A stretch of 64,000 bases of DNA, taken from contig NC_079167.1 in NCBI RefSeq assembly GCF_947568905.1, forward strand, positions 85,994,001-86,058,000, read 5' to 3'. Made by a program: the position numbers and the translations under genes. Shown here in pieces: positions 61,086-64,000 of the stretch. Source of the DNA: Ostrea edulis (lineage: Eukaryota). Every line of letters starts with the position of its first letter. Position 1 is the first letter of the stretch. Below the pieces are notes generated by a model that did not search any database, was not told the DNA's origin, and worked only from the letters and a program-made list of their open reading frames with translations.

Positions 61086-61137
61086 TGCAGAAAAGAATTA
61101 CATAACCCGCTTCCGTGGGTTATGATTTTTTTCTGCA
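61086..61137. repeat. Imperfect palindrome module
   Basis: TGCAGAAAAGAATTACATAACCC-GCTTCCGT-GGGTTATGATTTTTTTCTGCA. Confidence 0.65.
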
Positions 61138-62164
61138 ATGCTTGCTACCTTCATCACCCGATAACACAGCCTCAAGGTGGATATAAAATGTGCACTATCA
61201 AATTATATACTTTAGGTTAAAGTCAATATAAATTCCCCATCTGTAACTCAGTCCATTAAAGAGCGACAAGCGTGTCATGAAGTCATTTTAAGCACACAGT
61301 GAACTGCATTTGATAGCACGATATTAGAGACTGTAAGTTTTGTGAAAATAATAATGAATTTAAACTAATGAGATATCACAGTATGAGAGGGGGGTGTTAG
61401 TAAGGTTGGTAAAATGACACATGTATTTTTTGTGTAATTAAATTTACACCAGCTGCACTTATTAGCAAGATATTATAGATTGTAAGTTTCGTAAAAGTAT
61501 ACCCGTGTTTACAAGACTGAACTTCATTTCTGCAGGATAACAAAAAAGTATATATTCTTGAATCAAGACGTAAGAATTTCACCAATCTGTTTCCTTATTA
61601 CTCTACTTGATAAACGTTATTATAAAGCATACATACCCAGGTTGCACTTGCCAAAATGTGAAAAACAAATTTAGACATGATTCTTCCTTCCTTTCCTCAA
61701 AAGATTGAGTTTTTTCCTAGAAGATTGCGATAGATATATAGACTCCACTAAGCGTAATTCGATGCAGGGATCTTGGGATAGATAATTGAAACTGAGGTAA
61801 TGATATCCACCCCTATAATATTTGCGGACTCATGGTGTGTATGATATACGTTATTAAGCACCACAGTATTAATCACCTGAAGAATTATACAACAGAGTGA
61901 AAATTATACATTTTATTACGTCCCGATGCTGATGAAGTACGTGAGGAGAAAATTTCAGGAGTTATTACATAAAAAACAATTGGGAATGTAAATATATACA
62001 TTTCTGCATGTGCATCGACTTATGCATTTTGTATTTTCTGTGTTGTTGTTACTGCTAAACGTACACTATCTATATTCTGGAACAGCATTTTGAAAAACAT
62101 TCAGTCAAAATATTTCTCTGTAATGTAAAACCCTTATGTGTACGAAAGCCCAGAAGGCTCATTC

Positions 62165-62255
62165 GAAATTCAAAATTCAAAATACGAGATTCGAAATTCA
62201 AAATTCAAAATACGAAATTCAAAATACGAGATTCGAATTTCGAAATTCAAAATCC
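62165..62255. repeat. 7-bp periodic array, 13 units, with a 28-bp higher-order repeat
   Basis: GAAATTC AAAATTC AAAATAC GAGATTC repeated with variants. Confidence 0.9.
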
Positions 62256-63213
62256 AAATTAACCAATCAAAATGTAGGTCACAATAGATTAAAGTTTAGA
62301 GGGTACATGCATATATACTTAAAATATGACAGAAAGCTTATTCTTCTAAATCAATATGTTTACCAAACAGCGACACAATTCTTTTAAGACTATAAATGTT
62401 TTGATGTATGCTTAGCATGTAGGCAGGCCTATAGAAAGCTGGAAGGGAGGGGACAGAAAACTTCTTCCAGCTCCCACATATTGAACTCTGTATTGTGTCC
62501 GATAACCGGGTCAAATAATGACGAATACATCTCACAATATACCTTAGATTGAAATCGTATATTAAGCCTATTAACTTATGATAACCCTCTAACAATTAAT
62601 TCTAGTTTGATTTTTTTTTTCAGTTTTCAGTTGAGTACTAATCAATAGGTGAAGTACTCGTAAACTCCATCCACTAGAGTTGTGTGGATTGATATAGCTG
62701 TTTTTGAATTTTGGTCTCAAGATTGTGGCTTTAATTTGTTTGATATTGAAAGGGAAAATATGTTTTGACCTTTTAAAATAGGGTAAAGATGTATTGACCG
62801 TCTTTGAAAACTTGTATACCATCTTTATCTTAGACTTGTCTTTCACTAATCTGATAAAGTTGGTTATTTTAGTCCGAGGTTCATGTTTTAATTATTTGTG
62901 TTAATGTATTGGGTGTGTGGGTGGGGGGTGGTGGTGTGTGGGGGGTGGGGGGATAAATTCGTGCATGGTAACCACAAGAATCACACTGGGAATTCATAAT
63001 AAAAATCTTCTAATTTTCTAATCCAGATCAATGAGTGATGACAAAATCACCCAGGTAAGAGAGATTTCCATTTCTAAAGTTCCAGAATCCGAATTTCATT
63101 GCTACGTTTAACTGCATAGTCTTAACATTTACCATCCACGCCCTAGTACATAAAGTACTCACCGTCGGATACGTGGAAGAACATATCGTACGTTACCAGT
63201 AATTAAGAAATAA

Positions 63214-63357
63214 GATATCATTTTTTTTAATGTTATTGGGATATGACGGGAAGTTGGTCACGTGATCAATTCATATAACGCCCGAAGGGTGTGATAGTAT
63301 AGATTTGATCACGTACCAACTTCATGTCATATTCCAATAACACTCAAAAATGATATT
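63214..63357. repeat. Long imperfect palindrome with a central GAA-triloop hairpin
   Basis: Arms 63231-63269 / 63305-63342, extended by ATATCATTTTT / AAAAATGATAT; centre ACGCCC-GAA-GGGTGT at 63278-63292. Confidence 0.8.
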
Positions 63358-64000
63358 TTATTTCTTATATTTATATTTTCTATTTTGATTTGTGTTCTTA
63401 CCGAGTTTCCATGATTATGTAGCAGATGACCAAAATAACGATTATAGAACACAAAATATAGTTCGTTAGAGTTTTATCGATATTTAATTAAAAGGTTAAA
63501 AAAAGACAAAACAGGTGTAAAATAAAGGTAATTTAGAGCGTAAAGTTATCTGAAATGAAGACAAGAAGAGCGGATCTGCGATGGAGAAATTGGCGTTGGT
63601 CTAGCCTACTAAGTTGAAAAGACAATTGTTGAACACAGATTTCGACAGAAATTCAAAGAATCTGAGAGAATTGATGGAGGATATGATGGGTTACGTATAC
63701 GTTAAGCTCTTAGTCAGGTTTTTGGAAAGAAACAACGGTATGTTCATCGTTAGGACTCGCGGTTGTAGCCATGCAGGAGACGATTCGAGACAGTAGGACA
63801 TATTTCGACAAAGTGCAGGTAGGTTGCTTCTTTCATTTACATTCAATATGTGTAAGAGACAATAAAAACGAAATGACGGAGTTTTCGTTCACTTGAGAGA
63901 TTTCTGTTGCAGGATTTTAATGAAGACCCGCACCGGTACCCTGGCATGAACATAATTTTTCAAGCCTCGAAACCAGCCTCGCTTATGATCATGCCGAGTC

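Noticed and set aside
25560-61935. Isolated CTGANGA heptamers at 25560, 33523 and 61929 as hammerheads
   Set aside because: None is followed by a closed stem II plus GAAA and a cleavage triplet

Overview
AT-rich, repeat-dense eukaryotic DNA with spliceosomal GT-AG introns. The transposon families suggest a bivalve mollusc, probably an oyster (inference). Host genes: (1) a two-exon core-2/I-branching beta-1,6-N-acetylglucosaminyltransferase (GCNT/GT14) on the minus strand, present twice in a ~5.2-kb block repeated at ~7.3-kb spacing; the left copy has a 1-nt frameshift and the right copy is intact (451 aa); (2) a 7TM receptor of the adhesion/Methuselah-like (class B) type with a long Cys-rich ectodomain (50146-53897, minus). 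Most of the rest is mobile DNA: a split Tx1/L1 LINE, about 14 3'-end fragments of a Naiad-type Penelope-like retroelement clustered in the first 25 kb, SINEs, an internally deleted RTE with intact ends and TSD, two L2/CR1 LINEs, scrambled Polinton/Maverick DNA polymerase B relics, a Crypton-like tyrosine recombinase relic with palindromic ends, and Kolobok-, Harbinger- and Helentron-like non-autonomous elements. Most notable, all read by eye: (a) two minimal hammerhead ribozymes 337 nt apart in a non-coding partial tandem repeat, a retrozyme/circRNA-like architecture (38969-39349); (b) a near-complete HDV-like ribozyme fold in the RTE 5' UTR (37532-37647); (c) long imperfect palindromes capped by GNA-triloop mini-hairpins, one of which flanks the tyrosine recombinase relic; (d) a headless SINE whose two copies start at the same base with a predicted H-type pseudoknot. 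No computation or database search was run; counts and folds are manual.
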